Shown here: piece by piece, positions 36,308 to 48,054 of the stretch | Position numbering within the stretch: position 1 is the stretch's first letter | Layout of the letters: each line of letters opens with the position of its first letter | Assembly: GCA_029246085.1 (NCBI GenBank) | Contig: JAQWOB010000010.1 | Coordinates: forward strand, 1,552-65,551 | Direction of reading: 5' to 3' | From: Gammaproteobacteria bacterium | GTDB lineage: Bacteria; Pseudomonadota; Gammaproteobacteria; GCA-002705445; GCA-002716945 | DNA: 64,000 bases | The notes under the pieces: generated by a model | Databases searched by the model: none | Told to the model about the DNA's origin: nothing | The model's input: only the letters and a program-made list of their open reading frames with translations | Made by a program: the position numbers and the translations under genes

Positions 36308-37669
36308 CTACTCAGACTCGATTTTCTCACCATTTTCAACTGCATTTTGATCTTCGGACAACTGTTTAATACCAAGAGAGACTCTTTCTCTGTTAGAATC
36401 TATTGATAGTATTATCGAGGTTATATCATCACCTTTCTTATACGATCTTATAGCCGCCTCTTGCTTATCTTCCGATGTAATATCTGTTATATGAATCAGC
36501 CCATCTATTCCACCATCCAGCCCTACAAAGATACCAAAATCAGTTATTGACTTAATTTGGCTAGTAACAATGTCACCTTTGTTATTATTATCATCAAACT
36601 CCGCCCATGGGTTCTCCAGGCACTGTTTATGGCTTAACGAGACCCTTCTCTTTTCATTATCAATTTCCATAACTTTAACGTCAATTTCATCACCTAAGTT
36701 AACTACTTTATTCGGATTTATATTTTTATTTGTCCAATTAAGCTCAGATGTTCTAACTAGCCCCTCTACGTTATCGCCAAGATCAACAAATACTCCATAG
36801 TCTGCTATGTTTGCAACTTTACCTTTATATACAGCACCTAATTCTAATTTATCTGGAATTTTATCCCATGGATCATCATCTAGTTGTTTCATCCCAAGAC
36901 TAACTCTATTCTTCTCTTGGTCATATTTTAAGACAACTACATCCATCTCATCACCAACACGTAATATTTCGCTAGGATGATTAATTCTTTTCCATGATAT
37001 ATCTGTTATATGCAACAAACCATCTATGCCGCCTAGGTCAATAAAGGCACCATAATCTGTAAGATTTTTAATAAATCCTTTTACAACTTTTCCTTCGGTA
37101 TATTTCTCTGCAATTTCTTCTGGACTTGAATTTTGATCCATAAGAACTGCTTTTCTAGATAAAACAATATTATTTCGTATTTTATCCATTTTAATAATTT
37201 TAAACTCTAATACTTTGCCTTCAATATAATCAGTTTCTTTAGTGGGTCTGACATCTACTAATGAGCCAGGTAAAAATGCTTTTATATTCATTAAATCAAC
37301 AGTAAAGCCACCTTTAACTTTTCCAGAAACTTTTCCTTCTATATTTTCTTGGCTGTTTTGAACTTTTTCTAACTCATCCCAAACTTTGGTTCTTTTCGCT
37401 TTTTCACGAGACATGATGGTTTCGCCATACCCATCTTCAATCATATCAAGCGTAACTTCAACTACGTCGCCTAATGAAATTTCTAGCTCACCCTTTAGAT
37501 TTAGGAATTGATTTTTAGGAATAATACCTTCAGATTTTAGGCCTGCATTTATAACAACATAGTCATTTCTGATTTCTATGACTGTTGCAGTAACTATGCT
37601 ACCAGCGGTCATGTCAACATTGCTCATGCTCTCATGAAATAATACTTCAAATTCTGATTGGGCTTCCAT
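36308..37669 (-). CDS. rpsA: 30S ribosomal protein S1 (short, 453 aa)
   Basis: The N-terminus ...FEVLFHESMSNVDMTAGSIVTATVIEI..VVINAGLKSEGIIPKNQF matches E. coli S1. It has repeated S1 domains but is about 100 aa shorter than E. coli S1. It shows the cmk-rpsA-ihfB synteny. Confidence 0.9.
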   Translation of the reverse strand: MEAQSEFEVLFHESMSNVDMTAGSIVTATVIEIRNDYVVINAGLKSEGIIPKNQFLNLKGELEISLGDVVEVTLDMIEDGYGETIMSREKAKRTKVWDELEKVQNSQENIEGKVSGKVKGGFTVDLMNIKAFLPGSLVDVRPTKETDYIEGKVLEFKIIKMDKIRNNIVLSRKAVLMDQNSSPEEIAEKYTEGKVVKGFIKNLTDYGAFIDLGGIDGLLHITDISWKRINHPSEILRVGDEMDVVVLKYDQEKNRVSLGMKQLDDDPWDKIPDKLELGAVYKGKVANIADYGVFVDLGDNVEGLVRTSELNWTNKNINPNKVVNLGDEIDVKVMEIDNEKRRVSLSHKQCLENPWAEFDDNNNKGDIVTSQIKSITDFGIFVGLDGGIDGLIHITDITSEDKQEAAIRSYKKGDDITSIILSIDSNRERVSLGIKQLSEDQNAVENGEKIESE

Positions 37670-37691
37670 TAATTATTTTTCCTCATTTAAT

Positions 37692-38363
37692 TCAAACTCT
37701 TGATATCTTATACAATCCAAGGATTTTATCAAGGATAGTATCAATATTTAATTTACTAGAGTCGATAATAATAGCATCTTTAGCAGCTTTTAATGGCGAA
37801 ACTTCTCTATTAATATCCTTTTCATCTCTTTCTTTCAAAGATTTACGTATATTTAATAGATTTGGGTTAGATCCAGACTCAATCATCTCCTCATATCTCC
37901 TTTTCGCCCTAACATCTATGCTAGCTGTAAAATATATTTTTAGTGCAGCTTCTGGGAAAACTTTTGTTCCCATGTCTCTGCCGTTTGCTATCAGTCCTGG
38001 TGCTTGCGCACATGCATGCTGAATTGATAATAAGACATTTCTAATATCTTCATTTTTAGAAATATTAGACGCTTCCAATCCTATTTCTTCATTATATAGA
38101 TTCTTAGTAATATCACTAGAATCATAAATAACGCTAAACCCTAAATCTTTATTAGGCGCCATCCTAAGATTAGAAATTATTCTTGCAATAGCATCAACTG
38201 TGTAAGCATCAATATTTTCTATAATTTTGATATAAGCAAATGCACGATATAAGACTCCACTATCTAATATATAAAATCCTAGATGATTAGATAATAATTT
38301 AGATATAGTAGTTTTTCCTGAACTAGCTAAACCATCTATTGTGATAATAGGTATATTATTCAT
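37692..38363 (-). CDS. cmk: cytidylate kinase
   Basis: 223 aa with a P-loop (IITIDGLASSGKTTISK) and Cmk family similarity. Confidence 0.9.
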   Translation of the reverse strand: MNNIPIITIDGLASSGKTTISKLLSNHLGFYILDSGVLYRAFAYIKIIENIDAYTVDAIARIISNLRMAPNKDLGFSVIYDSSDITKNLYNEEIGLEASNISKNEDIRNVLLSIQHACAQAPGLIANGRDMGTKVFPEAALKIYFTASIDVRAKRRYEEMIESGSNPNLLNIRKSLKERDEKDINREVSPLKAAKDAIIIDSSKLNIDTILDKILGLYKISRV

Positions 38364-39664
38364 ACTGTATACACATCTATTTTTTGATCTCTCAAGATAT
38401 CCTCAAAGTTTGGAAAAGAAGTATTAATGTTGCTAGTATTTAGAACTGTTATAGGTTTATCAGAAACCAATCCTGCTATCAAAAAAGACATTGCTATTCT
38501 ATGATCTCCATAACTATCAATGATGCCGCCACTAAAGGTCCCACCAGTAATCTTTATAGAATTCTCAGTTGATACTATATCTATGCCTAATTTTTTAAGT
38601 CCATTCTCCATCGCCTCTATGCGATCACTCTCTTTATATCTCAGTTCATGTATATCTTCTATTAAGGACAGACCATTACAAGTTGCGCATGCAATAAACA
38701 AGACTGGCAATTCATCTATTAGGCGAGAAATTATATCGCCTGAAATGTTAATAGGGGTTAATTGAGAATACTTTACTTTAATATCTGCCACCGGTTCATT
38801 ACATATAGTGCGGCAATTAGTGAGCTTAATATTTGCGCCCATTTTTAATAAGATATCTATAATTCCAGTTCTCAATGGGTTTACTCCAATATTATTTAAT
38901 GTGATATCTGAATCTCTTTTGATTAAAGCCGCAACAATAAAAAAGGCAGCCGAAGATATGTCCGATGGAATATCTATATCTTTTGCTACTATATTTTTAC
39001 AGCCCTGTAATCTTACAATTTCTTTATCTATTGAGATTGGGTATTCCATATATTTTAAAAGTCGCTCCGTATGATCTCTTGTCTTTATATCTTCACTAAT
39101 AATGGATTCACCTTTCATATATAATGCTGCTAAAATTAAACATGACTTAACTTGTGCACTAGGAATATGGCTATGATATTTGATAGGTTTGATAGAGTTA
39201 GACGATTTAAAATTTATTGGTAACTTTTGATCTTTTGATTTAATTAGTGCACCAAAAGATTCAAGTGGCTCAATGATTCGCTTCATAGGTCTCGTTACTA
39301 GTGACTCATCTCCTGAAATTGAGCTATTAAAATTTTGAGCAGAAAGTATGCCAGACAATAATCTTGCCATTGTTCCCGAGTTACCTGCATAAATTTGAGA
39401 CTTTGTTTCTGAAAGTCCATTTAGGCCTTTACCTAATATTGTAACTATATCATTATCAATCTGAATATTTATCCCAAGTTCTCTGAATGCCTCAAGAGTT
39501 CTCATACAATCTTCAGACAAAAGGCTATTTGAAATTTTAAGTTGACCATCAGACAAAGACCCCAGCATTATTGCTCTATGAGTAATAGACTTATCTCCTG
39601 GAATACTTATCAGTCCTTCTAATTTCTTGGGGTTATTAATTATTAGATTTAAATTTTCCTTCAT
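38360..39664 (-). CDS. aroA: 3-phosphoshikimate 1-carboxyvinyltransferase (EPSP synthase)
   Basis: 434 aa in the EPSPS family (..PGDKSITHRA..., LFIACATCNG.., RYKESDRI). Confidence 0.9.
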   Translation of the reverse strand: MKENLNLIINNPKKLEGLISIPGDKSITHRAIMLGSLSDGQLKISNSLLSEDCMRTLEAFRELGINIQIDNDIVTILGKGLNGLSETKSQIYAGNSGTMARLLSGILSAQNFNSSISGDESLVTRPMKRIIEPLESFGALIKSKDQKLPINFKSSNSIKPIKYHSHIPSAQVKSCLILAALYMKGESIISEDIKTRDHTERLLKYMEYPISIDKEIVRLQGCKNIVAKDIDIPSDISSAAFFIVAALIKRDSDITLNNIGVNPLRTGIIDILLKMGANIKLTNCRTICNEPVADIKVKYSQLTPINISGDIISRLIDELPVLFIACATCNGLSLIEDIHELRYKESDRIEAMENGLKKLGIDIVSTENSIKITGGTFSGGIIDSYGDHRIAMSFLIAGLVSDKPITVLNTSNINTSFPNFEDILRDQKIDVYTV

Positions 39665-40509
39665 TTCTTATCTAACTTAGCTTTAATTCGACTCAGATAT
39701 AAACGTAAAGACTTATCATTACTCTTAACCATATTTTTAATCAAACCTAGCTCTTTTATAAGCATATTAATTGAAGTAACAATATTTTTCTCATTGGTTC
39801 CACAAATATCACTCCACATTACTCCATCACTATGGGCCAATCTTGCAAAATCTCTAAAGCCTCCTCCGGTATAATCTTTTATATTTTTTATAGACTGAGT
39901 ATTTAAGATAATATTAACTAGTGCAAAAGAAACAAGATGTGGTAAATGACTTGTTTCTGACAAAACCAGATCATGTAGTTTAGGAGATATCATTGTCACT
40001 TTACATTTCATTGCTTTCCAAAATCTAGATACTTTTTTGACTAAATTTTTTTTAGTTTTTTCAGTAGGAGTGACCAATACTACAGCTTTATCAAAAAGAT
40101 TTTTCTCATACGCCATAATCGTACTTGTCTCTTTACCGGTTAATGGATGAGAGCCTATAAAACATTCCTCGTGCTCTGCTATAGTTAGTTTTAAAATATT
40201 AATTATATTCTGCTTAGTGCTTCCAATGTCAGTAATAATAGCATCAGATTTTTTATATTTTTTAATAATATTAAAAATATTTTTATATGCACTCATCGGC
40301 GCGCATATTATTATAAAATCAGATTCTGATAAATATTTGAAATCTTTATCATCATAATCACTAACAAGCTTCTTTTCTTTAGCATATTTTAAGCTACTAA
40401 TATTTTTATCATAGGCATATATTTTTTTTGCTAGTTTTTTGCTTTTAATTGAGGATGCAAGAGAGCCACCCATCATGCCTAAGCCAAAAATATAAATAGA
40501 ATTGTACAC
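39661..40509 (-). CDS. tyrA: prephenate dehydrogenase
   Basis: 282 aa with an N-terminal Rossmann fold (IYIFGLGMMGGSLA) and a PDH domain. It lies between hisC and aroA as in the Pseudomonas aromatic cluster. Confidence 0.7.
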   Translation of the reverse strand: MYNSIYIFGLGMMGGSLASSIKSKKLAKKIYAYDKNISSLKYAKEKKLVSDYDDKDFKYLSESDFIIICAPMSAYKNIFNIIKKYKKSDAIITDIGSTKQNIINILKLTIAEHEECFIGSHPLTGKETSTIMAYEKNLFDKAVVLVTPTEKTKKNLVKKVSRFWKAMKCKVTMISPKLHDLVLSETSHLPHLVSFALVNIILNTQSIKNIKDYTGGGFRDFARLAHSDGVMWSDICGTNEKNIVTSINMLIKELGLIKNMVKSNDKSLRLYLSRIKAKLDKK

Positions 40510-41619
40510 TTACTTTATTACCTTTAAAGATTTTTTAAGCTTCCTGATAAACATATTATTCTCTTCTTTTGTGCCGATAGTTACCCGTAAGTAATTAGGA
40601 AGACCATAATTTTCTAAAGGCCTCAGTATCACACCCTCAGATAATAATATCTCATAAATTTCTTGTGTCTTCGATCCTAGATATATGGTAATAAAATTTG
40701 TATATGTATTAAGGTACATGATTCCTAACTTATTTAATTCTGATTTTAAAAACTGCATTCCTGCATCATTAAGTCTCAGGCTCTTTTCAAGATATCTTTC
40801 ATCTCCAAGAGATGCTACTGCCATTTTTTGAGCAATATAATTCACATTGAATGGTTGTCTTATTTTATCAAAATCAGAAATTATATCTTTTGAGGCTAAT
40901 CCATAACCTACTCGGATTCCAGCTAAAGCATATATTTTAGAAAATGATCTTGTAACCACAATATTTTTATATTTTCCTAATAAATTTACAGCACTTTTAA
41001 ACCCATAATGAGATGAATATTCATAGTATGCTTCATCAATCACAATAATTATTTTTTTAGAAATATTTTTGATAAATTTTTCTATCTCACTAATTGGCAC
41101 TATAGTTCCCGTTGGGTTTCCAGGGTTTGCAATAAATATCACTTTAGTTTTATTAGTTATTTTAGATTTCATTGACACTAAGTCTATCCCCATGAAATCT
41201 TTTCCCTTCTCCTTAATAGGTTTTGATTCAATAATTTTTGCCTTCATTGTATTTGAAATAATTTTATAGACTAAAAAAGAATGCTTACAAAATAAAACTT
41301 CTGACTTATTATTTAGATATTTCCGAGCAACTAGCTCTAAAATCTCATTTGATCCGTTTCCAATAACAATATTGCTAGCTAAGATATTTCTTTTAGAAAT
41401 ATTTTTTAAAATAGCAGATTTAAGATCTATAGATTTACTATCTGGATATCTATTAATAGATTGTATGATTTTATTTGCTGCAGATATTGCTTTTTTACTA
41501 GGCCCAAGGGGATTCTCGTTAGATGCTAATTTAATAACTTTCTGTAAACCATATAATTTCCGAATATCATTAATATTTCTGCCAGGCTGATACGATGATG
41601 TTGATGTTTTATTAGCCAT
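40510..41619 (-). CDS. hisC: histidinol-phosphate/aromatic aminotransferase
   Basis: 369 aa, class II aminotransferase with a PLP lysine region (FSKIYALAGIRVGY). It sits in the pheA-hisC-tyrA-aroA cluster. Confidence 0.8.
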   Translation of the reverse strand: MANKTSTSSYQPGRNINDIRKLYGLQKVIKLASNENPLGPSKKAISAANKIIQSINRYPDSKSIDLKSAILKNISKRNILASNIVIGNGSNEILELVARKYLNNKSEVLFCKHSFLVYKIISNTMKAKIIESKPIKEKGKDFMGIDLVSMKSKITNKTKVIFIANPGNPTGTIVPISEIEKFIKNISKKIIIVIDEAYYEYSSHYGFKSAVNLLGKYKNIVVTRSFSKIYALAGIRVGYGLASKDIISDFDKIRQPFNVNYIAQKMAVASLGDERYLEKSLRLNDAGMQFLKSELNKLGIMYLNTYTNFITIYLGSKTQEIYEILLSEGVILRPLENYGLPNYLRVTIGTKEENNMFIRKLKKSLKVIK

Positions 41620-41625
41620 TATTAC

Positions 41626-42702
41626 TCAAATACTTTTAGGGTACGAACCTAAGTTTTTATAAAATGAAGTCTTTTTCTGTATCTCTTTGAGTGCTTGACC
41701 AACAATCTTATCATCGACATGCCCGTCAATATCTAATAAAAACATATACTCCCAATTATTAATTCTAGTCGGAATAGATTCAATTTTGGACATACTTATT
41801 TTATTCTTGGATAAAGGTAATAATAATTCATTTAATGATCCAGCTTTATTATCTATAGATATCAAGATAGATGTTTTATCCAAACCACTAGCTGCTATAT
41901 TATGATTTCCAATAACAATGAATCTTGTAGTATTATCTGTACTGTCATGTATGTTATTTTTTAATATTCCAACCTTATAAACAGGGCCGCAATTTTTACT
42001 AGCTATTGCTGCAGAGTTCTTAAGCTTAATAACTTTTTGTACTGCTGCAGAATTACTCGAAGTAAAAATTCTCTGTATATTTGGCATATTCTTATTAAGC
42101 CACTGATTGCACTGCAAGAAAGTTTGCTCATGGGCATAAACTTTTTTTATTTCACTCATTTTTTTTGAATTAGATAATAGGCAGTGTTTAATATTCAAGT
42201 TAACTTCGCCACATAATTTACTGTTATCCTTAATCAGATGATTTATAGTTTCTTTTATACTTCCCTGATTTGAATTTTCAACTGGAACTACTCCAAAATC
42301 TATGTTTTGTCGACATACATCATCAAATATCTCCGAGATTGAGTTATTAAATTTAATCTTCACCGAAGAACCAAAGAACTTATTTAATGCAAGATTGCTA
42401 TATGATTCCTTTGGGCCTAAACAACTTACTTTTAAATCAGTTTCTAATGACAAACATGAGGATATAATTTCTCTGAATATAGCTTGTAAATGTTTAGCAG
42501 TAAGCGGTCCTGAATTAGTTGAAGCTATTTTTCTAAGTATCTGAGCTTCTCTTTCAGGTCTAAATATATCTTTTTTTTCAGATGACGCTTTTGCTTCTTT
42601 TATTTTTTTTGCAAGATTTGCTCGGTCATTTAATAGTTTGACAATTTGCTTGTCAACTTTGTCAATAAGAATTCTTATTTTGCTTAAATCTTCACTCATC
42701 AC
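41626..42702 (-). CDS. pheA: bifunctional chorismate mutase / prephenate dehydratase (P-protein)
   Basis: 358 aa with an N-terminal CM domain ([26 protein letters not shown]), a PDT domain and a C-terminal ACT domain. Confidence 0.85.
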   Translation of the reverse strand: MMSEDLSKIRILIDKVDKQIVKLLNDRANLAKKIKEAKASSEKKDIFRPEREAQILRKIASTNSGPLTAKHLQAIFREIISSCLSLETDLKVSCLGPKESYSNLALNKFFGSSVKIKFNNSISEIFDDVCRQNIDFGVVPVENSNQGSIKETINHLIKDNSKLCGEVNLNIKHCLLSNSKKMSEIKKVYAHEQTFLQCNQWLNKNMPNIQRIFTSSNSAAVQKVIKLKNSAAIASKNCGPVYKVGILKNNIHDSTDNTTRFIVIGNHNIAASGLDKTSILISIDNKAGSLNELLLPLSKNKISMSKIESIPTRINNWEYMFLLDIDGHVDDKIVGQALKEIQKKTSFYKNLGSYPKSI

Positions 42703-45229
42703 TAATAATTGTTTCTGTTGATATTGCTACAAGCTTCTCATCATCTTGTAAAACTTGCAACCTAACTCCTTGCGTATTCCTTCCGATTATAGGCATATCG
42801 TTTATTGATATCTTAATTGTTTTACCCTTATTTGTAATCATAATTATTTGATCATTGGGCCCAACATTCACTGCACCAACAACCTTCCCATTACGTACGC
42901 TGGCCTTAATACCTATTACCCCAACTCCTCCACGCTTTTGCGTATTATAATTCTCAACGGAAACCCTGTTACCATAACCATTCTCTGTAACTGCTATAAT
43001 CTCACCACCAGTAGGTTTTAATATTGATACAAGTTTAGAGTTTTTTGATAATTTAATACCTTTTACGCCAAGCGTACCTCTAAATCTTGCCCTTACATCT
43101 GACTCAGAGAACTTGATAGCCTTACCATTATCAGCAACTAACATAATAAACTCATCTTTATTAGTATAATGAGCGCCTAGAAGAAAATCTCCTTCTTTAA
43201 GTAAAATTGCTTTCAAGCCTGTAGTACGTATTTTTTTAAACAAATTAACTGGAATTTTATTTATCATTCCATTTTTTGTTGACATAAATAGATATGCATC
43301 TTCCTCGAAAGAATTCACCACAACAAATGTGCTGATTGACTCATCAGCTGTAAGCGGCAATACATTATTTATAGGCCTACCCCGCGCTTGTCTACTTGGA
43401 TCCGGAATATCAAATGCTCTAATTGCGTAAACTTTTCCTAGTGATGAAAAACAAAGTATTATGTCATGGGTATGTGCTTGACATAATAGTTTTGCCTCGT
43501 CCCCATCTTTAAATTTTGTAGCATTAATTCCTCTTCCTCCTCTCTTTTGACTCTTAAAGTCAGTTGCTGGAAGGCGCTTAACATAGTTAGCTTTTGTTAA
43601 AACTACTATTATATCTTCCTTCTTAATTAGATCCTCTTTTCTTAGCTCTCCCTCGTCATCAGACACAACAGATCTTCTTGGTTCACCATATTCACTTTTC
43701 ACATCCTCCAACTCTTTTTTCATAACATTATCGAGTTCTTCGGTATGAGAAAGTATTTTTATATATCCTTTTATCTCATTAATTGTTAATTCATAATCAG
43801 TAAATATTTTTTCCTGTTCCAAGCCAGTAAGCTTTTGCAGTCTTAAATCTAAGATTGCTTGTGCTTGCTTCGGTGATAACTTATATAGTTTTCCATGTAA
43901 ACCATATTGAGCATCACTTTTTATAAAGGCATTGGTTTGTTTATCTACAATTCCTAAAAACTCAGTGAGTTGTCCGGGCTTCCAGGGTTTTGATAGTAAT
44001 GCAGTCTTGGCTTCCGATGAATTCTTGGATTTTTTAATCATCGCAATTATCTCGTCTACATTTAGTAATGCTATCCCAAGACCTTCGAGGATATGCGCTT
44101 TGTTCTTTGCTTTTTCAAGATCATATAATGTCCTCTTAGTAATGACTTCTCGTCTATGCTTAATAAATTCATTTAAAATTTCAGTGAAGCCTAATGTTTT
44201 TGGTTCCCCGTCAACAAGACAAACTGTATTAACTGAATATGAAGTTTGAGCATTTGTATGCTTATATAGTGCACCCAACAAGACTTCATGTTGTTCACCA
44301 CGCTTCAACTCAATCACTAATCTCATTCCATCTCTATCTGACTCATCTCTAAGATGACTAATTTCATTTATTTTTTTATCTCTCACGAGTTGAGCAATAT
44401 TTTCAATCATCTTTGCTTTATTAACCTGATATGGTAATTCCACAAATACAATAGATGTCCTATCATTATCTTTCTTTTCTATAATATGTTTAGCTCTGAT
44501 CTTAAAAGACCCTCTTCCTGTAAGAAGAGCATTTCTAATTCCTCCACTATCCTTAATTTCACCATATGTAGGAAAGTCAGGACCTTGAAGATTACTCGCC
44601 TTGATTAACTCATCAATATTATTTTTATCTGCCAGCAATGGATTATCAATAATTGCAATTGTTGCGTCCACAACCTCGATAAGATTATGAGGGGGAATGT
44701 TTGTAGCCATCCCTACGGCTATACCGGTAGATCCATTAACGAGTAAATTTGGTATTCGTGTTGGTAAAACAGTTGGTTCTTTTTCAGATCCATCGTAGTT
44801 TGGAGAAAAATCAACAGTATTCTTCTCGATGTCTTGCAATAATTCTTGCGATAATTTTGACATTCTAACTTCTGTATAACGCATAGCAGCTGGAGAATCT
44901 CCATCAACAGATCCAAAGTTACCTTGTCCATCAATTAATGGATGTCTCATGGAGAATGGTTGAGCTAATCTGACTATTGTATCGTATACAGCAGTATCAC
45001 CATGGGGATGGTATTTACCTATAACATCACCAACAATTCTTGCTGATTTTTTATATGATTTATTCCAACCATTATTAAGTTCATGCATAGAAAATAAAAC
45101 TCTTCTATGTACTGGTTTTAAACCGTCTCTTACATCGGGTAAGGCCCTACCTACTATCACGCTCATAGCGTAATCCAGGTAAGATTGTCTCATTTCTTGT
45201 TCGAATCTTATTTCTTGGTTTTCAGGCAT
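42692..45229 (-). CDS. gyrA: DNA gyrase subunit A
   Basis: 845 aa. The N-terminus ...[30 protein letters not shown] is near-invariant GyrA, and the active-site Tyr region and C-terminal beta-pinwheel are present. Confidence 0.95.
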   Translation of the reverse strand: MPENQEIRFEQEMRQSYLDYAMSVIVGRALPDVRDGLKPVHRRVLFSMHELNNGWNKSYKKSARIVGDVIGKYHPHGDTAVYDTIVRLAQPFSMRHPLIDGQGNFGSVDGDSPAAMRYTEVRMSKLSQELLQDIEKNTVDFSPNYDGSEKEPTVLPTRIPNLLVNGSTGIAVGMATNIPPHNLIEVVDATIAIIDNPLLADKNNIDELIKASNLQGPDFPTYGEIKDSGGIRNALLTGRGSFKIRAKHIIEKKDNDRTSIVFVELPYQVNKAKMIENIAQLVRDKKINEISHLRDESDRDGMRLVIELKRGEQHEVLLGALYKHTNAQTSYSVNTVCLVDGEPKTLGFTEILNEFIKHRREVITKRTLYDLEKAKNKAHILEGLGIALLNVDEIIAMIKKSKNSSEAKTALLSKPWKPGQLTEFLGIVDKQTNAFIKSDAQYGLHGKLYKLSPKQAQAILDLRLQKLTGLEQEKIFTDYELTINEIKGYIKILSHTEELDNVMKKELEDVKSEYGEPRRSVVSDDEGELRKEDLIKKEDIIVVLTKANYVKRLPATDFKSQKRGGRGINATKFKDGDEAKLLCQAHTHDIILCFSSLGKVYAIRAFDIPDPSRQARGRPINNVLPLTADESISTFVVVNSFEEDAYLFMSTKNGMINKIPVNLFKKIRTTGLKAILLKEGDFLLGAHYTNKDEFIMLVADNGKAIKFSESDVRARFRGTLGVKGIKLSKNSKLVSILKPTGGEIIAVTENGYGNRVSVENYNTQKRGGVGVIGIKASVRNGKVVGAVNVGPNDQIIMITNKGKTIKISINDMPIIGRNTQGVRLQVLQDDEKLVAISTETIISDE

Positions 45230-45394
45230 ATATTGCTAATATTCTTTTATATGTTATTAAATAACTATTTTATCATAAACCTTTGGTATACACGACATAA
45301 TTTATAAGATAGCAAAATTAGCTTAAAAATTGATTTTATGGCTATTTCCAATATTTGGCATTAAAAATAGTCTAAATTGAGTATAATAATTGAT

Positions 45395-46666
45395 ATGCAA
45401 AATGTTGATAAAATTATAAGCGCTAAATGGGTCTTATCTTCAAAAAATGATGGCTTACTAAGAAACCATTCTGTGATTATTGAAGGGAATATTGTTAAAG
45501 ATATTCTACCCTCAAAAGAAATATCGAAAAAATATCGAACAAATAGTCATCGGTTATTAGAAAGTCATATAATTACCCCTGGATTAGTAAACAACAATAT
45601 TTGTTTGCCTCATATATTTTCCCGGGAATACTTAAAAAGTAATATTCCGGCTACCCAAAAAAATATAAATAATAAAGCGTATTTAGAACTATCAACAGAA
45701 ATCGCGCTTTGCCAGATGATTAAAAATGGTATTACAACATTTACAGATACAAGTACTTATCCAGAAATAATTCTTAAGCAAGTTATTAAATCTGGTGTAA
45801 GAGCAAACATTGGATTACCTATATTGAGCCAAAAAACTAATTGGGCAGAGAAAGAGCAAGAATATTTTAAAAAAAGTATTGGCTTTTATGATGAGTATAG
45901 AGATAACCCTTCCATAAAACTATATTTAAATCTTAATGGAATTCATATGTTATCAAAATCAGGATTTGAAAAAGTTTCTCAAATAGCCAGTGAACTAGAT
46001 ATGCCAGTTAGAATGTATTTACATGAAAATCTAGGTAAGTTGAATACATTCAAAAAAAAATATAAACAAAGACCAATAAAGTTTTTAGAAGAACTAGGAT
46101 TATTGAGCAATTCATTTACTGCCATGAATCCATTTCATATGACTAAGTCAGATATAAATACAATGAAAAAATATAAGGTGCATGTTGTGCATACTCCATC
46201 ATTAAATATTATGTCTAAAAATATTTACTGTAACACTAAGCTTTTTTTGAAGAATAATATCAAGGTATCACTTGGTACTGGTGAACATACAATAGGTAGC
46301 AGTATAAATTTATTGAATGAAATGCGGTTGGCATCTCTTTTATCACGACTAAGTGTAAATAAGAGTGATTATTTAACACAATCAGAATTATTAGGATTGA
46401 TAACAAATAATGGAGCTGAATCCCTAGGACTAGATTTTAATACAGGGAAGCTTAAACCTAAGTATAGCGCAGATATTATATCAATTAAAATTAATGATCT
46501 AGGCATGGATAAAATAGATTTATATAAATGTATCGAAAGTGAACTTATGTCTAATAATATTGATAATGTGTGGATATCAGGAAAACAAATACTAAAAGAT
46601 AAAAAGCTCCTGACAATAAACGAAGATATGTTATATCATAAGTTTACTGAATTGATTAAAAATTAG
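45395..46666 (+). CDS. amidohydrolase-family deaminase (MtaD / TRZ-ATZ-like 5'-methylthioadenosine/SAH deaminase)
   Basis: The metal-dependent hydrolase fold (HTH...) and the synteny with ubiG-gph match the Pseudomonas mtaD-ubiG-gph arrangement. I chose the ATG at 45395 rather than the TTG at 45377, giving about 423 aa. Confidence 0.6.
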   Translation: MQNVDKIISAKWVLSSKNDGLLRNHSVIIEGNIVKDILPSKEISKKYRTNSHRLLESHIITPGLVNNNICLPHIFSREYLKSNIPATQKNINNKAYLELSTEIALCQMIKNGITTFTDTSTYPEIILKQVIKSGVRANIGLPILSQKTNWAEKEQEYFKKSIGFYDEYRDNPSIKLYLNLNGIHMLSKSGFEKVSQIASELDMPVRMYLHENLGKLNTFKKKYKQRPIKFLEELGLLSNSFTAMNPFHMTKSDINTMKKYKVHVVHTPSLNIMSKNIYCNTKLFLKNNIKVSLGTGEHTIGSSINLLNEMRLASLLSRLSVNKSDYLTQSELLGLITNNGAESLGLDFNTGKLKPKYSADIISIKINDLGMDKIDLYKCIESELMSNNIDNVWISGKQILKDKKLLTINEDMLYHKFTELIKN

Positions 46667-46673
46667 GCTCATT

Positions 46674-47366
46674 ATGAATGTTGATAAAAAAGAAATAGAT
46701 AATTTTGATATATATGCACATGAATGGTGGAATAAAAGAGGTCCATATAAACTTATACATAATCTAACTCCTTTAAGAGTTGAATATATTCAAAATAGCT
46801 TAGATGTAAAAGGTCTAGATATCCTAGATATAGGATGCGGTGGGGGCTTACTTGCAGAAGAACTGACAAAAAGAGGTGCGAAAGTAACTGGACTAGATGC
46901 ATCTGAAAAAACCATTGCAATAGCAAAGCAGCATGCTAAAGAAAGTAATCTCGATATCAACTATGTCTGCTCTACTCTTGAATCATTTATTGAGAAAGAT
47001 AAAAAAAAATATGATGGCATTATATGTTTTGAACTAATCGAACATGTTCCTGATCAAGAGAAGCTTATTTTAGATATCTCTAAAGTTTCAAAAAAGAAAT
47101 CAAAATTATTTATGTCTACAATAAATAGAAATATTATTTCTTTTGCGTTTGCAAAAGTTATTGCGGAGTATATTTTAAAGATTGTCCCCCAAGGCACTCA
47201 TCAGTATGAAAAATTTATTAAACCATCTGAACTTGCGAGATTATTAGAATTAGCTGAATTTAAAGTTGAAGATGTTTCCGGTGTAAAACTAAATCCTACA
47301 GATTATACTTTTACATTATCAAGTATGACAAAGATTAATTATTTTATGACCTCGACTAAAAAATGA
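46674..47366 (+). CDS. ubiG: bifunctional 3-demethylubiquinone / 2-polyprenyl-6-hydroxyphenol O-methyltransferase
   Basis: 230 aa with the SAM motif LDIGCGGGLLAEEL and full-length UbiG similarity (FDIYAHEWWN..). Confidence 0.85.
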   Translation: MNVDKKEIDNFDIYAHEWWNKRGPYKLIHNLTPLRVEYIQNSLDVKGLDILDIGCGGGLLAEELTKRGAKVTGLDASEKTIAIAKQHAKESNLDINYVCSTLESFIEKDKKKYDGIICFELIEHVPDQEKLILDISKVSKKKSKLFMSTINRNIISFAFAKVIAEYILKIVPQGTHQYEKFIKPSELARLLELAEFKVEDVSGVKLNPTDYTFTLSSMTKINYFMTSTKK

Positions 47367-48025
47367 ATAAAAATATAGAATGTATATTATTTGACCTAGA
47401 TGGAACATTTGCCGATACATCAAAAGATATGTGTGATGCCCTTAATACCATTTTAACCGAAAAGAAATTTACTAATGTAAATTGCAAAGAATTAAAACTA
47501 CATATATCTAGAGGAGCTGTTGGTATCATAGATTATGCTTCTAAGGTTAATGGACGTTCTATTGACTCGTCCCTAATGAGAGCTGAATTTTTACAAGAAT
47601 ATTCTAATAATACTTTTGTTCATACAAAAATGGTGGATGGCATTGCAGAGCTAATAAAAAATATTGAAAAGAATCATATTAAATGGGGAATAGTTACAAA
47701 TAAACATTCAAAATATGTCAATAAAATACTTAAAGGCTTCTCTATCAATGAAGATGTTAAATATTTAATTACAGGAGATATGCTGGAAGAAACTAAGCCT
47801 AGCCCCGAAGGTTTATTAAAAGCTATTGAGATGGCAGATGTGAACGCTGAAAATACTATTTATGTAGGTGATGATGAAAGAGATATTATTGCAGGAAAAA
47901 ATGCAGGAATGTTCACAGTAGCTGCAGACTTTGGCTTTATTGGACCTGACAAAGATATTCGTTCTTGGAATGCTGACGTAAATATTAATAAACCCCTAGA
48001 TCTTATTAAAATATTATCTTTATAA
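47363..48025 (+). CDS. gph: HAD-family phosphoglycolate phosphatase
   Basis: 220 aa with HAD motif I (ILFDLDGTFADT). The ubiG-gph pairing is conserved in gammaproteobacteria. Confidence 0.7.
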   Translation: MNKNIECILFDLDGTFADTSKDMCDALNTILTEKKFTNVNCKELKLHISRGAVGIIDYASKVNGRSIDSSLMRAEFLQEYSNNTFVHTKMVDGIAELIKNIEKNHIKWGIVTNKHSKYVNKILKGFSINEDVKYLITGDMLEETKPSPEGLLKAIEMADVNAENTIYVGDDERDIIAGKNAGMFTVAADFGFIGPDKDIRSWNADVNINKPLDLIKILSL

Positions 48026-48054
48026 ACCTACTGTGACTGAATTATTACCTCTCA

